Part shown: one piece after another, positions 47,392 to 58,653 of the stretch
Position numbering within the stretch: position 1 is the first letter of the stretch
How the letters are laid out: every line of letters begins with the position of its first letter
NCBI GenBank assembly: GCA_963750165.1
Contig: CAVVPN010000010.1
Coordinates: 1 to 64,000 of the forward strand
From: an uncultured Gemmataceae bacterium
Lineage (GTDB): Bacteria > Planctomycetota > Planctomycetia > Gemmatales > Gemmataceae
Reading direction: 5' to 3'
Length of the DNA: 64,000 nt
Notes under the pieces: model-generated
What the model was told of the DNA's origin: nothing
Databases searched by the model: none
The model's input: only the letters and a program-made list of their open reading frames with translations
Translations under genes and position numbers: made by a program

Positions 47392-48918
47392 TCAGCGCGC
47401 CTTCAGGAACGGCGGCGGCGCTTTCGGGTCGGCGACGAAGGCGTCCACCGGTTCGCCCTCCAGCGCCCGCAGGAACAATACCAGGTCGGCCTTGTCCTGT
47501 TTGGTCAGGTTCAGCTTCAGCGGAATGATCGGCCGCTGGTCCGGGCCGAACAGGAACGGCTTCGGCCCCTGGTACGGCGTCTTGTGGCGGCGGCTCATCT
47601 CATAGACCCGCTCGGCGGTCTCATCGCGCATCTTGTTCGACAGGAATTCATTGGGGTTGCCGCCGCGGTCGTAGAACTCGACCACCTCCGCAAGCGTCTT
47701 CTCGGCGCCGGTGTGCATGTACGGGCCGGTGCCGACCAGGCCGCGCAGCGTGGGCGTCTTCCAGGCGCCCAGCATCGCGAAGTCCTTGGCGCCGGTCGGC
47801 AGCTGAGCGAAGCGGCCCTGGGCGTCCCGCGGAATCTTGCCGTCCTTGCCGACGCCAACACCCAGGTTGTGGAACGAGTTGTCGGTGTAGTTGTCGCCGG
47901 CATGGCAGGTCGCGCAGCGTGCCTTGCCGAAGAACAGCGCCCGGCCGCGCGCCAGGCTGGCGGCCACCTTGTTGATGGCCTTGTCGTCGTCCAGCTCGGC
48001 GCCCAGCATCTTCAGCGCCGGATCCTGCTTCTTGAGCGCCGCCCTGAGCACCAGGGCGAAATCCTCCGCTTTCGGGTTGAAGTCGCTGCCGCCGTCGTCG
48101 GAGACGCGCACGCGCGCCGCCAGCTCGGCGCGGTCCACCAGGGCGTTGCCCGACAGGACCGTGCGTTCATAGATGGCGATGGCCTTGGCGATGGCGTCGC
48201 GCGTCGGCAGGGTGCCGAACGCCTTCTTGAAGCGGGCCGTGTAGTCGCCCTTCGCACGCACCCGCGCGATCGACCTGTACCAGGCGTGGCCCTTGCCGTC
48301 GAACATCTCGATGGGGTTGCCGACGGGGCCCTGAGCCTGGTCCTCCAGCGACTTCGCCCGGCCGTCCCAGAACTGGAAGGCGTTGTAGCCGCTGTTCAGC
48401 ACCGTCGGCGCGCTGACGCCGCCCTTCTGGCCGCTGATGCCGACCGACACCGGCGCCTGATCGGTGTAGCCGCGGCGCGGGTCGTGACAGGACGCGCAGG
48501 AGACGGTGCCGTCGGAGGACAGCACGGGATCGAAGTACAGATCGCGGCCCAGCGCCCAGCGCGCCGCCGTCATGGGGTTCTCGGCCGGCACCGGCGGGCC
48601 CTGGCTCAGGCCCAGCGGCACCTTGATCTTGAGCACCTTGCGGGTCAGCGGTTCGCCGGTGAACGGGTCCGTCGTTTTCTCGGTGCCCTCGTTCCAGTAG
48701 GACGTGAGCTTGGTCCACTCCTTCAGGTTCTGCGATCGGCTGACGAAGTAAATCGGCATCTCGTCTGCGGCGGGGGTCATCCAGGTGTGGTTGGGGACTT
48801 GCCAGTCGTAGCCATCGTACAGGTCCCTGGGAATCTGCTGCTGCGCCAGGCCCAGGGACCCGACCAGGGGCCAGAACAGCACCCCCGCAAGGGCCAGCCG
48901 CCATGCGTTCACGGTCAT
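47392..48918 (-). CDS. Di-heme cytochrome c peroxidase (MauG/CcpA family)
   Basis: CASCH, QFWDGRA, CATCH, KTPTLR, PYMH. Confidence 0.9.
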   Translation of the reverse strand: MTVNAWRLALAGVLFWPLVGSLGLAQQQIPRDLYDGYDWQVPNHTWMTPAADEMPIYFVSRSQNLKEWTKLTSYWNEGTEKTTDPFTGEPLTRKVLKIKVPLGLSQGPPVPAENPMTAARWALGRDLYFDPVLSSDGTVSCASCHDPRRGYTDQAPVSVGISGQKGGVSAPTVLNSGYNAFQFWDGRAKSLEDQAQGPVGNPIEMFDGKGHAWYRSIARVRAKGDYTARFKKAFGTLPTRDAIAKAIAIYERTVLSGNALVDRAELAARVRVSDDGGSDFNPKAEDFALVLRAALKKQDPALKMLGAELDDDKAINKVAASLARGRALFFGKARCATCHAGDNYTDNSFHNLGVGVGKDGKIPRDAQGRFAQLPTGAKDFAMLGAWKTPTLRGLVGTGPYMHTGAEKTLAEVVEFYDRGGNPNEFLSNKMRDETAERVYEMSRRHKTPYQGPKPFLFGPDQRPIIPLKLNLTKQDKADLVLFLRALEGEPVDAFVADPKAPPPFLKAR

Positions 48919-49030
48919 GCGTCGCGTACCTCGTGGTTGGAAATAACAGGCGGGGAAATACTTGACATCCCTATTATTCATAGAGTCTCGATGCCGCCGC
49001 ATCCAGGCGCTGGCCTGAAAAATCGCGCCC

Positions 49031-49705
49031 TCAGCGGACCACGGGGTAATACGCCGCCAGCCGATCCGGGTGGACGCCCGCCGCGGCCAGGGCGGTCAGC
49101 ACCCAGTTGCGCAGCGTCTGCCGCACCAGGCCGGTGCGCTGCCAGCGCCGCGGCGACACGAAGATGCGCCGCGGCAGCACCGCGACCCGGCCCAGGCGGC
49201 GCAGGGCGCGGCTGAAGAACACATCCTCCATGAGCCGCAGCGGCGGGAAGCCGCCCAGGCGCTCGAAGTCCGTTCGCCGCACCGCCAGCCCCTGATCGCC
49301 GTAGACCAGGCCCGTCAGCCGCACCCGGGCGGTGGCACAGGCGTCAATGGATCGGTACAGCAGCCCGGCGGCGCGCACGGTCATCGTGAAGCTGGCGGCG
49401 CTGGTGTCGCGGCGGCGCAGTGCAGCGCGGGCCGCCGCCAGCGCCCCCGCTTCCAGCGTGCAGTCGGCGTGCAGGAACAGCAGCACGTCGCCGCGGGCCT
49501 GGGCGGCGCCGGCGTTCATCTGACTGGCCCGGCCGCGCGGCGCGGTCAGCACCAGGTCCGCGGCGGCAGCGGCCTCCCCCGTGCCGTCCGTGCTGCCGCC
49601 GTCCACGACGATGATTTCGCGGGCGCCCTGGCCGGCCAGGCTGCGCAAGGTCTCGGGCAGGCAGTCGGCCTCGTTGAGTGCGGGGATAATGACGGAAACG
49701 GTCAT
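49031..49705 (-). CDS. GT2 glycosyltransferase, TIGR04283-like
   Basis: VDGGSTD, GRASQMNAGA, FLHAD, YGDQG, LMED, SPRRW. Confidence 0.88.
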   Translation of the reverse strand: MTVSVIIPALNEADCLPETLRSLAGQGAREIIVVDGGSTDGTGEAAAAADLVLTAPRGRASQMNAGAAQARGDVLLFLHADCTLEAGALAAARAALRRRDTSAASFTMTVRAAGLLYRSIDACATARVRLTGLVYGDQGLAVRRTDFERLGGFPPLRLMEDVFFSRALRRLGRVAVLPRRIFVSPRRWQRTGLVRQTLRNWVLTALAAAGVHPDRLAAYYPVVR

Positions 49706-49729
49706 GGGTGGCGGGGGTGCGGGGCGGCG

Positions 49730-51202
49730 CTACCGGGCCGCAGCGGTGAGGCGTTCCAGGTGCAGGACCGTCACGTCCTGAAAGGGGTGTCGGCCAAGGA
49801 CGCGCCACGCCCCGGGCGCCAGCGCCGCCAGGTAGTCCCGCTCCTCGTCGGCGCCGTGCGGCGCCAGCACCCACAGACGCCGCACCGGCCCCGCGGCCAA
49901 ACCCGCCTCGGAAGTCGGCGCAGGCGCGGGCGGGTCGTGGGCGACCAGGTGGTGCGGCCGGTAAAGCGGCCCCAGCCCCCGGAAATAATAGGCGTGCTCC
50001 CAGTAAAAGCCCACCACCGGCTCGTCGGTCTGCCGGGCGTGCAGCACGAAGGCCGCGGGCGTGGCCGCGTCCAGGCGCTGCCACGGCCGCACCAGCCGAT
50101 AGGCCGCCTGGCCGACCGGCGCCAGCAGCAGCGCCGCCAGCGCCAGCGGCGCCAGCCGGTGCCGGTGCCGCAGCCACGCCCAGGTCGGCGCCACCCCGGC
50201 GGCGCTGAGCAGCAGCACCGCGGGGGCCGCGTAGACCGTCACGCGCAGCGCCCCCAGCAGGTAATAGCCCAGCAGCCACGCCAGCACGTTCAGCGCCAGC
50301 GGCCAGACCAGGAACCCCAGCAGCGTCCGCCGGCCGTCGCGCCACAGGCGAACGCAGCCGACCGCCGCCAGCGGCAGAAGGGTCCAGCCGACCGGCTCCG
50401 CTGCGTAGCTGAACACGCCGGCCACGCGCCAAACGGCCACCACGGGGACCGCCCAGGGCGTGTGCCAGGGCGGAAAGGAGTCGCGCCAGTAATTCACCAT
50501 GCCGGGGTCGCGCTGCGCCTGCACCGGCCCCAGGTACAGGCACACGAAGGCCGCCGCCAGCAAGGCCAGCATCGTCAGATAGGTAAGCCATGGGCCCGGC
50601 CTGCGGGCGCGGCCGACGGCCGGCAGCAGCGTCAGCGCGACGCCGCCCAGGAGGAAACACGCGGGATACGACAGGAACAGCAGCACCGGGCTGAGCAGCG
50701 CCAGCGGCAGCAGTCGCCGCAGCGTGAGGGCGTTGGCGGCCCACAGCGCCAACCCCAGGACCACGGCAGCCACGAACACGTCGGTGGCGTAGGGCTTGCC
50801 CTCGCAGCCGTGCCAGAGCAGCCGGTCGGAGGTGGCGACCAGGGCCGCGAACGCCAGGGCGCCGGCCGGCGGCAGCAGTCGGCGACCGAGTTCCGCCAGA
50901 AACAGCAGCGCCGCACAGCTGGCCAGGAACGGCAGCAGGCGCAGCGCCAGGGGGTCGTCGCCCAGGAGCAGCACCAGGATTTTTTGCAGCCACAGAAACA
51001 GCGGCGGCGCGGCCTGGGTGAAATACAGCGGCCCGGTCAAGCCGGCGAAGGACTTGCCGATGATGTTCAGCAACAGGGCTGCCTCGTCGTGCCAGACCGG
51101 CGGATTTTGCAGGTAGTACCCGGCCCGCAGCGCCAGGCCCAGCGCCACCACGGCCAGGAGCCAGTGACGGGGGGATTCGGCCGCGGGCCGGCGGAGGAAC
51201 AT
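49730..51202 (-). CDS. GT-C/GT39-like integral membrane glycosyltransferase
   Basis: WHDEAAL, QAAPPLF, KPYATD, many TM helices. Confidence 0.75.
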   Translation of the reverse strand: MFLRRPAAESPRHWLLAVVALGLALRAGYYLQNPPVWHDEAALLLNIIGKSFAGLTGPLYFTQAAPPLFLWLQKILVLLLGDDPLALRLLPFLASCAALLFLAELGRRLLPPAGALAFAALVATSDRLLWHGCEGKPYATDVFVAAVVLGLALWAANALTLRRLLPLALLSPVLLFLSYPACFLLGGVALTLLPAVGRARRPGPWLTYLTMLALLAAAFVCLYLGPVQAQRDPGMVNYWRDSFPPWHTPWAVPVVAVWRVAGVFSYAAEPVGWTLLPLAAVGCVRLWRDGRRTLLGFLVWPLALNVLAWLLGYYLLGALRVTVYAAPAVLLLSAAGVAPTWAWLRHRHRLAPLALAALLLAPVGQAAYRLVRPWQRLDAATPAAFVLHARQTDEPVVGFYWEHAYYFRGLGPLYRPHHLVAHDPPAPAPTSEAGLAAGPVRRLWVLAPHGADEERDYLAALAPGAWRVLGRHPFQDVTVLHLERLTAAAR

Positions 51203-51344
51203 GCGCACCCTCTTTGCCTGGAACAACGAACGCCAGGGCGGCCGAGCCGCCACGGGAGCGGCTCATACGCGGAGCGGTGCGGGAAGACAAGAGCGGTTTT
51301 GGGGCGCGATTGCAATCAACGGCTGCGGGTCTTAAAATCTGGGT

Positions 51345-51540
51345 ATGGTAATCATTCGCTTTCCAGACTCTGCTGTGGAACGCCGTGCCCTGGGCTATCT
51401 GGTCGGCCGTTTCTCCTTCAAATCCTGGGCCAACGGTGATCTCATGTTGCCGGAATAAGCCCTGGCCTCGTTGGCGATGGAGGGGATTTCGTTCACCGTC
51501 CAGGGACCGGCCACTTATGAACAAATAGCGACGGCGGGAT
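51345..51540 (+). pseudogene. Decayed copy of the 22552-23050 gene pair
   Basis: MVIIRFPD..RRALGYLVGRF..LPE*ALASLAMEGISFTVQGPATYEQ; partner ATG at 51517 truncated. Confidence 0.65.
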
Positions 51541-51560
51541 GGAACTGTCTTCGTTCGTAG

Positions 51561-53062
51561 TTCTACTGTGCAACATGATTCTAGCCGGCAGCTGACGCGG
51601 TGGCTACACTGAACGGCGGTATCTTTGTGGAGGCCGCCATGGACATCCTCGACCACCCCGACGCGCAGGCCCTGCTGAACGACGCCGAACTCTCCGCTGC
51701 TGCCGTCCGCTCCTGCGCGGACCAGTTGACCGCCTTCGCCCAGCGCTACCTGCCCCGGTTCCACCGAGAGGAGCACCGCGGCCACGCCCTGACCGTGCTG
51801 CGCGGCAAGCTCAGCGGCCTGCAGCGCAAGACCACCGAGCCCATCGCCACCTTGGCCGGCCTCAAGCGCCGCCCCTTGCAACTGTTCGTCGGTGGCGGCG
51901 GCTGGGACGACCAGGCCGTCCTGGGCGAGTTGCGCCGCCACATCGCCGAGGAGTTGGCCGACGACGACGCCGTCTTCGTCCTGGACCCCTCGGCCTTCCC
52001 CAAGAAGGGGGCGGCTTCCTGTGGGGTGGCCCGCCAGTGGTGCGGCCGGTTGGGCAAGATCGACAACTGCCAGGTCGGCGTCTTCCTGGCCTACGTCGCC
52101 CCGCGCGGCAAGGCCCTGCTCGACGCCCAGCTCTATCTGGACCAGGACTGGGCCCACGACCCCAGGCGCCGCGCCGCCACGTTTGTGCCCGCGGCGGTCG
52201 CCTTCGCCGAGAAGTGGCGGGTCGGCCTGGAACTGCTGGACCGCGCCGCGCCGACCTGCCCGGGGACTGGGTGGCTGGCGACGACGAGTTCGGCCGCTGC
52301 ACGGAACTGCGGGCGGCCCTGCGGCAGCGGCGGCTCCGGTACGTGCTGGACGTGCCCTGCAACACCCTGGTGCGTGACCTGGCCGAGCGGTCGCCGCCGG
52401 CGCGCCCCGGCGGCCGGCCGCGGTTGCCGGCGTTCGAGCGCGTTGATCGGTGGGCGGCGCGGCAGCCGGCGGGGCGGTGGCGCAAGGTGAAGGTGCGTGA
52501 CGGAGCCAAGGGGCCGCAGTGGGTCAAGGTGCTGTTGGCGGCGGTGCAGACCAAGGACGAGGACGGCTGCGTGGGGCCGCGCGAACGTCTGGCGATCCTC
52601 AAGAGTTGCGAGCCCAAGCCGCAGACGTGGTACACGCTCTCCAACGCGCACCGGGCGCGGCGCGGGCAGGTGGCGCGGGTACATGGGGCGCGGCACGGGG
52701 TCGAGGAACTCTTGGCGGAGGCCAAGGGCGAGGTGGGGTTGGGACACTACGAGGTGCGCAGCTGGGTGGGCTGGCACCACCACATGACGCTGTCGCTGTT
52801 GGCCCTGTGGTTCCTGCAGACCGAGAAGCTGCGGCTGGGGGAAAAACACCAGCGCTGACGGTGCCGCAGGTGCGGCAGATCTTCACGGAACTGCTGCGCG
52901 AGCCGAGCCCCAGCGCGGCCCGGGTCGCGGAGATCGTGAGCCAAGTGCTGCGGCGTAACGAGGAGGCACGCATCTACCACTGGCACAACGCGACCGGGCA
53001 GTTCCCGCCGCGTCGGCCGCGGCCGCGCGGCCGACCGAAAAGAGGAAAGTAGCACAGTAGAA
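51561..53062 (+). mobile_element. IS701-family element (transposase 51639-53052, frameshifts near 52255 and 52845)
   Basis: LDPSAFPKKG..GVARQWCGRLGKIDNCQ, GLGHYEVRSWVGWHHH; TIR TTCTACTGTGC(A/T)AC; GTAG duplication. Confidence 0.93.
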
Positions 53063-53144
53063 GTAGTACCGCCTTCAGGCGTACTACAAACGAAGACAAA
53101 AAACCTTCCGACTCCACCTTTGAGACTGACGCTGTGCGTTATCG

Positions 53145-53966
53145 CTAACCGCGCAGCCCCGCCTCGCGCATCAGCCGATCCGTCGCCTGGTACGCCTCGC
53201 GCACCCACTCGACAATCTTCTCCGGCTGCGGCGAATACTCCAGCTCGATGCTCACCGCTCCATCGATGCCCAGCGCCTTGATCTCGCGCAGGTACGGCCC
53301 GAACGGCACCACGCCGCGGCCCGGCGGCAGGTCGCCGTGGACCTTGCCGTCGCAGTCGCTCACGTGGACGTGGATCGCCTTACCGCGCAGCCGCCGCAAA
53401 TCCTCCGCCGGCACCTTCGACAGCTGCAAGTGCGACACGTCAATGTTCGCCTGCACCGCCGGGTGGTTCACGTCGTCCAGAAAGCGCACCATGCTGTCCA
53501 CGTCGTTGACCAGTGATAGCTTGAACGGCTCCAGCTCCAGCGCAATTTGCAGCCCCAGGTCCGCCGCGTACTTGCCCAGCTCGCGCAGGTTGCGCACGCC
53601 CGTCTGCCACTGCTCCGCTGGCGGAATCACCTGCTTCTCCCAGATGTACTCGCCCAGCACCAGCAGCACGTTTTTCGCCTGATACTCATAGGCCAGGTCG
53701 AGGTATTGCCGGCAGCGCTGCAGGTGGAAACGCTGCACGCTCGGGTTGAAGTCAATCAGGCCGACCGCGACGCAGGCGATGCTGATGATCGGCAGCCCGA
53801 CGCGATCGCACTCACGCTTGATGAGCAAGCGCTCCTTCACGTCCAGGTCGAGCGGATCGGCGAAGATGTCGATGGTGTCGAAGCCGATCTCCTTGGTCAT
53901 GCGGATGCCGTAAGCGGTGTCGCGGCCCGCCTGCGCCCAGGCGGAGTTAATCAGACCGAGTTTCAT
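53145..53966 (-). CDS. Sugar phosphate isomerase/epimerase (TIM barrel)
   Basis: LELEP, NIDVSH, HVHVSD..HGDLPPGRG, SIELE. Confidence 0.85.
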   Translation of the reverse strand: MKLGLINSAWAQAGRDTAYGIRMTKEIGFDTIDIFADPLDLDVKERLLIKRECDRVGLPIISIACVAVGLIDFNPSVQRFHLQRCRQYLDLAYEYQAKNVLLVLGEYIWEKQVIPPAEQWQTGVRNLRELGKYAADLGLQIALELEPFKLSLVNDVDSMVRFLDDVNHPAVQANIDVSHLQLSKVPAEDLRRLRGKAIHVHVSDCDGKVHGDLPPGRGVVPFGPYLREIKALGIDGAVSIELEYSPQPEKIVEWVREAYQATDRLMREAGLRG

Positions 53967-54008
53967 GGGTTGTATCCTCTCGGGGTTGGTTGGTTATGTT
54001 AGTAATAC

Positions 54009-54065
54009 GTGGGGCAGACATTCCTGTCTGTCAGTCCCTCGGCAGACAGGAATGTCTGCCCCACG
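54009..54065. repeat. REP doublet (GTGGGGCAGACATTCCTGTCTG); another copy at 58616-58644
   Basis: Inverted pair read directly. Confidence 0.8.
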
Positions 54066-54079
54066 AAAGCGGGGTGACG

Positions 54080-54716
54080 ATGGCGGCCAACGACCTGGTG
54101 CTGGCGATGACGGGCGCGAGCGGTGCCCCCTACGGCGTGCGTCTGCTGGAAGTGCTGTTGCGCCGGCCGCACCGTCCACCTGACCGTCAGCCCCGCGGCG
54201 ACGGAGGTGCTCCAGGAGGAACTGGGCCGCCGCGTCCGCCTCGACCGCTTTGAGCTGCGCGACCTGCTCGGCGACCCGGCCGACCTCGCGGCGCCGGGCC
54301 AGGTCCACTACCACGATCACCGCGACTTCCGCGCCGGCATCGCCAGCGGTTCGTTCCTGACGGCCGGCATGGCGGTCTGCCCGTGCAGCATGGGCACCGT
54401 CGCGGCCATCGCCCACGGCCTGTCGCAGAACCTCATCCACCGCGCCGCCGACGTGCATCTCAAGGAGCGCCGCCGTCTGGTCCTGGTGCCGCGCGAGACG
54501 CCGCTGGGTGTCGTGCAGTTGCGCAACCTCACCGCCTGCGCCGAGGCGGGCGCCGTGGTGCTGCCGGCCATGCCCGCGTTCTACACCCGGCCGCAGTCCC
54601 TCGCAGAGCTGGTCGATTTCGTCGTCGGCCGTGTCTGCGACCATCTCGGTGTCGCGCACCAGCTGTTCCGCCGCTGGGGGGACGGCCCGGTTGAAGGCGG
54701 CAGCGGCGCTCACTAA
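54080..54716 (+). CDS. ubiX: Flavin prenyltransferase (frameshift near 54160)
   Basis: TGASGAPYG, IASGS, PCSMGT, LKERRRLVLVPRETP, PAFY. Confidence 0.92.
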
Positions 54717-54761
54717 GATCAACCTTGGTCAGCTTAACCGCTGTAGCAGTGAGGGGTGCGG

Positions 54762-55259
54762 ATGCGGCACGTGTTGTCGGCTTTGGTCCACAATCAACCA
54801 GGGGTGCTGGCGCACGTCTCCGGCATGCTGGCATCGCGCGGCTTCAACATCGACAGCCTGGCGGTCGGCGAAACCGAGGATCCGCAGTTGTCGCGCATGA
54901 CCTTCGTGGTCCACGGCGACGACGCCGAGCTGGAGCAGGTCCGCAAGCAACTCGACAAGATCGTCACCATCGTGCAGGTGCAGGACATCAGCAGCGAGAA
55001 CTACGTCGAGCGCGACCTGATGCTCATCAAGGTCAAGGCGTCGGCGGCGCAGCGCGTGGAGATTTCGCTCCTGGTAGAGATGTTCCGCGGCCGTGTTGTG
55101 GACGTGAGCCTGACCGACCTGATGATCGAGATTTCCGGCCAGGAGAGCAAGATCGAGGCGTTCATCGAGCAGATGCGCCCCTACGCCATTCTGGAGCTGG
55201 CCCGCACCGGCCGCATCGCGTTGGTGCGCGGCACGCCCAGCAAGGGAGACGTGCTATGA
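54762..55259 (+). CDS. ilvN: Acetolactate synthase small subunit
   Basis: NQPGVL..RGFNIDSL, LELARTG. Confidence 0.93.
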   Translation: MRHVLSALVHNQPGVLAHVSGMLASRGFNIDSLAVGETEDPQLSRMTFVVHGDDAELEQVRKQLDKIVTIVQVQDISSENYVERDLMLIKVKASAAQRVEISLLVEMFRGRVVDVSLTDLMIEISGQESKIEAFIEQMRPYAILELARTGRIALVRGTPSKGDVL

Positions 55260-55558
55260 CCACTCCGTCGCCGACGACGACCGCCAAACCGCTGCTCCCG
55301 GCCACGCGCGAGGCGCTGGCGCGACTGCAACCGGGCCAGCGCCTCCGCATCACGCAGCGCGTCAAGGTCGGGCAGAAGGTCTGGACGACGACGGTGACGG
55401 GCGTGTTTCGCCACAGCGGCAGCCTGGTCACCGGCCTGGCCACGCAGCGTCTGCCGGTGGACGAGATCATCGTGCCGACCGTTCACTTCACCAAGGACAA
55501 CGGCGAACTGGCCAGCGTCACCCTCGACGAGAACACGCAAATCGAGATCGTGTCGTGA
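55256..55558 (+). CDS. Conserved hypothetical protein
   Basis: ATGA overlap with ilvN; 100 aa. Confidence 0.65.
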   Translation: MTTPSPTTTAKPLLPATREALARLQPGQRLRITQRVKVGQKVWTTTVTGVFRHSGSLVTGLATQRLPVDEIIVPTVHFTKDNGELASVTLDENTQIEIVS

Positions 55559-55577
55559 GCGCCGGTGGAGGGAGGCC

Positions 55578-58500
55578 ATGCGGGTCGAGTGTGCCGACTG
55601 CGGCCGTACCCTGGAGTTCTCAGGCGTGCGGCCCTCGTTCTGCGGCTACTGCGGCAAACCGCTGCCCCCCTCCGGCGGCGACGCGACCACGCCGTTCGAG
55701 TACACCCCCACCGGCACGCGCACCGGCGACGCCCCCGCCCCGGATTACAGCGACCTGCCGCCGGAGGTGCGCGGCTACCGTCTGCTCGGTCTGCTCGGCG
55801 AGGGGGGCATGGGTTCCGTCTACCAGGCCGAACAGCTCGCCTCCGGCCGCCGCGTGGCGCTGAAGCTCATCGCGCCGCAGTACGCCGCCTCCGCCACCGC
55901 CGTGGAGCGCTTCCGCCAGGAGGGCCGCCTGGCCAGCCTGATCGCGCACCCGCGCTGCGTCTTCGTGCTCGCCGCCGATGAGGACGCCGGCCGGCCGTAC
56001 ATCGTCATGGAACTGATGCCCGGCGAAACACTGCAGGAACTCGTCGAGCGCCACGGGCCGCTGCCGCAGGCCGAGGCAATTGCCAGGATCCTCGACGTGA
56101 TCGACGGCTTGCAGGAGGCGCACCGCCTTGGCGTTATCCACCGCGACGTGAAGCCGTCCAACTGCTTCGTGCTGAACGATGGCCGCGTCAAGGTCGGCGA
56201 CTTCGGCCTGGCCAAGTCGCTCGTACAGGCCAGCAGCCTGACGCGCACCGGCACCTTCCTGGGCACGCTGCTTTACGCCCCGCCCGAGCAGATCAAGGGC
56301 GAGGCCATCGACGTGCGCGCCGATGTGTATTCCGTGTGCGCCACGCTGTATTTCCTGCTGACCGGCCGCGCCCCGTACCAGGGCAAGGACGCCGCCGCGA
56401 CGCTGGCGCGCACCGTCTCCGAGCCGCCGCCGCCGTTGCGCTCGCTGCGCCGCGACGTGTCGCCGGCGCTGGAGAAGGTGGTGCTGCGCGGCCTGGGCCG
56501 GCAGCGCGAGGAGCGCTGGCGCGACCTGGAAGAGTTGCGGCAGGCGCTGCTGCGCTTCGCCCCGGGTGAGTTGCAGCCAGCGGGCTTCGCGGTGCGCCTC
56601 GGCGCCTTCGTGCTGGACTTCCCGTGGTTTTTCCTGCTGGGGGCGTTGCTGAATTTCGCGACCGCGCAGTGGTGGGGCCAGACGGCGCCGCGGTACATCT
56701 TGCCGGTGCTGGCCATGCGGCTGGCGCAGTTCGTGCCGTGGTGGTTCCTGGACGGCTGGCTCGGCTGGTCGCCGGGCAAGTGGCTGCTGCACCTGCGCGT
56801 CTGCACGCCGGCGGGCGGCGATCCACCGGGCCTGGGTCGAGCGGCCCTGCGCACCCTGGCCTTCTACACCTTCCTGTGTCTGCCCGGCGACCTGCTCGGC
56901 CTGGCCCTGGCGCCGTTTCCGGAGACGCTCGGGCTGGCGTTCGGCATATTGATCTGCCAGGTGCTGAGCTGCGTGGCCCTGGTGGTGACGATGCGGGCAC
57001 GCAACGGCTACCGCGGGCTGCACGAGTGGCTGAGCGGCACGCGCGTCGTCCGGCTGCCGCGCGCGAGTGGCGGCGGCCGCTGAAACCGCGGCGGCCCAAC
57101 GTGGACGGGGTGCCGGTCGCGGCGGACATCGGCTTACCAGAGCGGCTGGGGCCGTTCGTGGTGCGCGGCTGGCTGGGCGTGCAGGACGCGGCGGACCTGC
57201 TGCTCGGCGAAGACCCGTCGCTGGGGCGATCCGTCTGGCTGCGCGTGACGGGGCCGGACGGTGAACGGTTGTCGGAAGCGCGGCGGCTGGTGAACCGAGC
57301 GTCGCGACTGCCGTGGCTGACCTGTGGGACGCACCTGGGCCAATCGTGGGACGCCTTCCTGGCGCCGGGGGGTCGGCCGCTGGCGGAACTGGTGGACCGC
57401 CGGGTGCCGCTGACCTGGGGCGAGGCGCGGCCCCTGCTGGCGCAGCTGTGCGAGGAACTGGCCGCGGCCCGCGCCGACGGCTCGCTGCCGCGAACGCTGG
57501 ACGTGGCCCAGGTGTGGGTGCAGCCGAACGGCCGCCTGCAACTGCTGGACGCCCCGCTGTCCGGCGCGGCGCCGCCCCCGCCGAGGAACTGCCGGACGAG
57601 GAAGACCTGTTGCGACTGGTGCGGGCGACGGCGGTGCTGGCGCTGGAGGGCGAGCCGCCGCGGCTGGGGCCGCGCCAGCACGTCCGCGCCCCGGTGCCGG
57701 CGCCGGCGGCCCAGGTGCTCGACCGGCTGGTCGGCGGTCCCCGAGCGTTCGCCAGTGTCGCCGAGGTGCAGCGCGAACTGGAGGCGCTGCAGGGGCAGCC
57801 CACTCAGGTCAGCCGGGCGCAGCGCGTCGCCCACCTGGGACTGCTGGGCGCGGTGCTGGCTGCGCCGTTGATGATGCTGTTCTGCCTGCGCTATTTCCTG
57901 CTCGCGATCAGCATGGCCCATGCCCAGCAGGGCATCGCCGCCATCGACCGTGCCGAGGCAGTTCTGGTTCATGGCGAAGGCACAGCGGCGGATCGGGCCG
58001 TTGTGGAGGAGTGCGACCGCGAGCACCTGACCGCTCCGGACGGCACCTACTGGTTTCACGCGCTGACGGAGCGGCGCCGCCAGCTGCGCGAGGAGTTGAA
58101 GGGCTGGGAGGATTTCGCCGGCCCCGACCCGGTGGCCGTCGCCCTGGCCCGCTATCGCTTCCCGGAGGAACAATTGGCCGGGCCGTTTAACGTACCGCGC
58201 ATCCGTCAACTGATGGCGGAAACCCCGGAACGGCGGCGAGAGTTCCGCGGCGTGATGGCGTTGAGCCTGTGCGTGACACCCGTGGTGTTCGTCGCCGGCT
58301 GCGTGCTCTGGGCGTTGATCTTCCGCGGCGGGCTGACGCTACGGCTGATGGGCATCAGCCTGCGGCGGCGCGATGGCCGGCCGGCGGCGCGCTGGCAGTG
58401 CGCCTGGCGGACGCTGCTGTTCTGGCTGCCGATCATGACGGCGCTGTGCCTGTCGCTGCTGGCCCTGACGCCCGGCCCGGAGTTCGCGGGCGTGGCGCTG

Positions 58501-58614
58501 ATGTTGTGGGTGGTGGCCGCGGGCACCCTGGCCGGCTACGTGCCGCTGGCGCTGACGCGGCCGACGTGGTCGCTGCACGACCGCCTGGCCGGGACGTATT
58601 TGATGCCGAGCTAA
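55578..58614 (+). CDS. Ser/Thr protein kinase with RDD domains and degenerate second kinase (frameshifts near 57070 and 57575)
   Basis: LGEGGMG, VALK, HRDVKPSN, DFGL; RDD motifs GLHEWLSGT and SLHDRLAGT. Confidence 0.85.
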
Positions 58615-58653
58615 ACGTGGGGCAGACATTCCTGTCTGCCCCACGGAAGAGGG

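Noticed and set aside
15464..52157. Very long antisense or alternate-frame ORFs (for example 15464-18256, 33287-35326, 49344-52157)
   Set aside because: Shadow ORFs expected from high GC and codon bias opposite well-supported genes.
52837..52847. Programmed frameshift at G5A5 in IS701
   Set aside because: Plausible, but indistinguishable from homopolymer error in this assembly without other copies.
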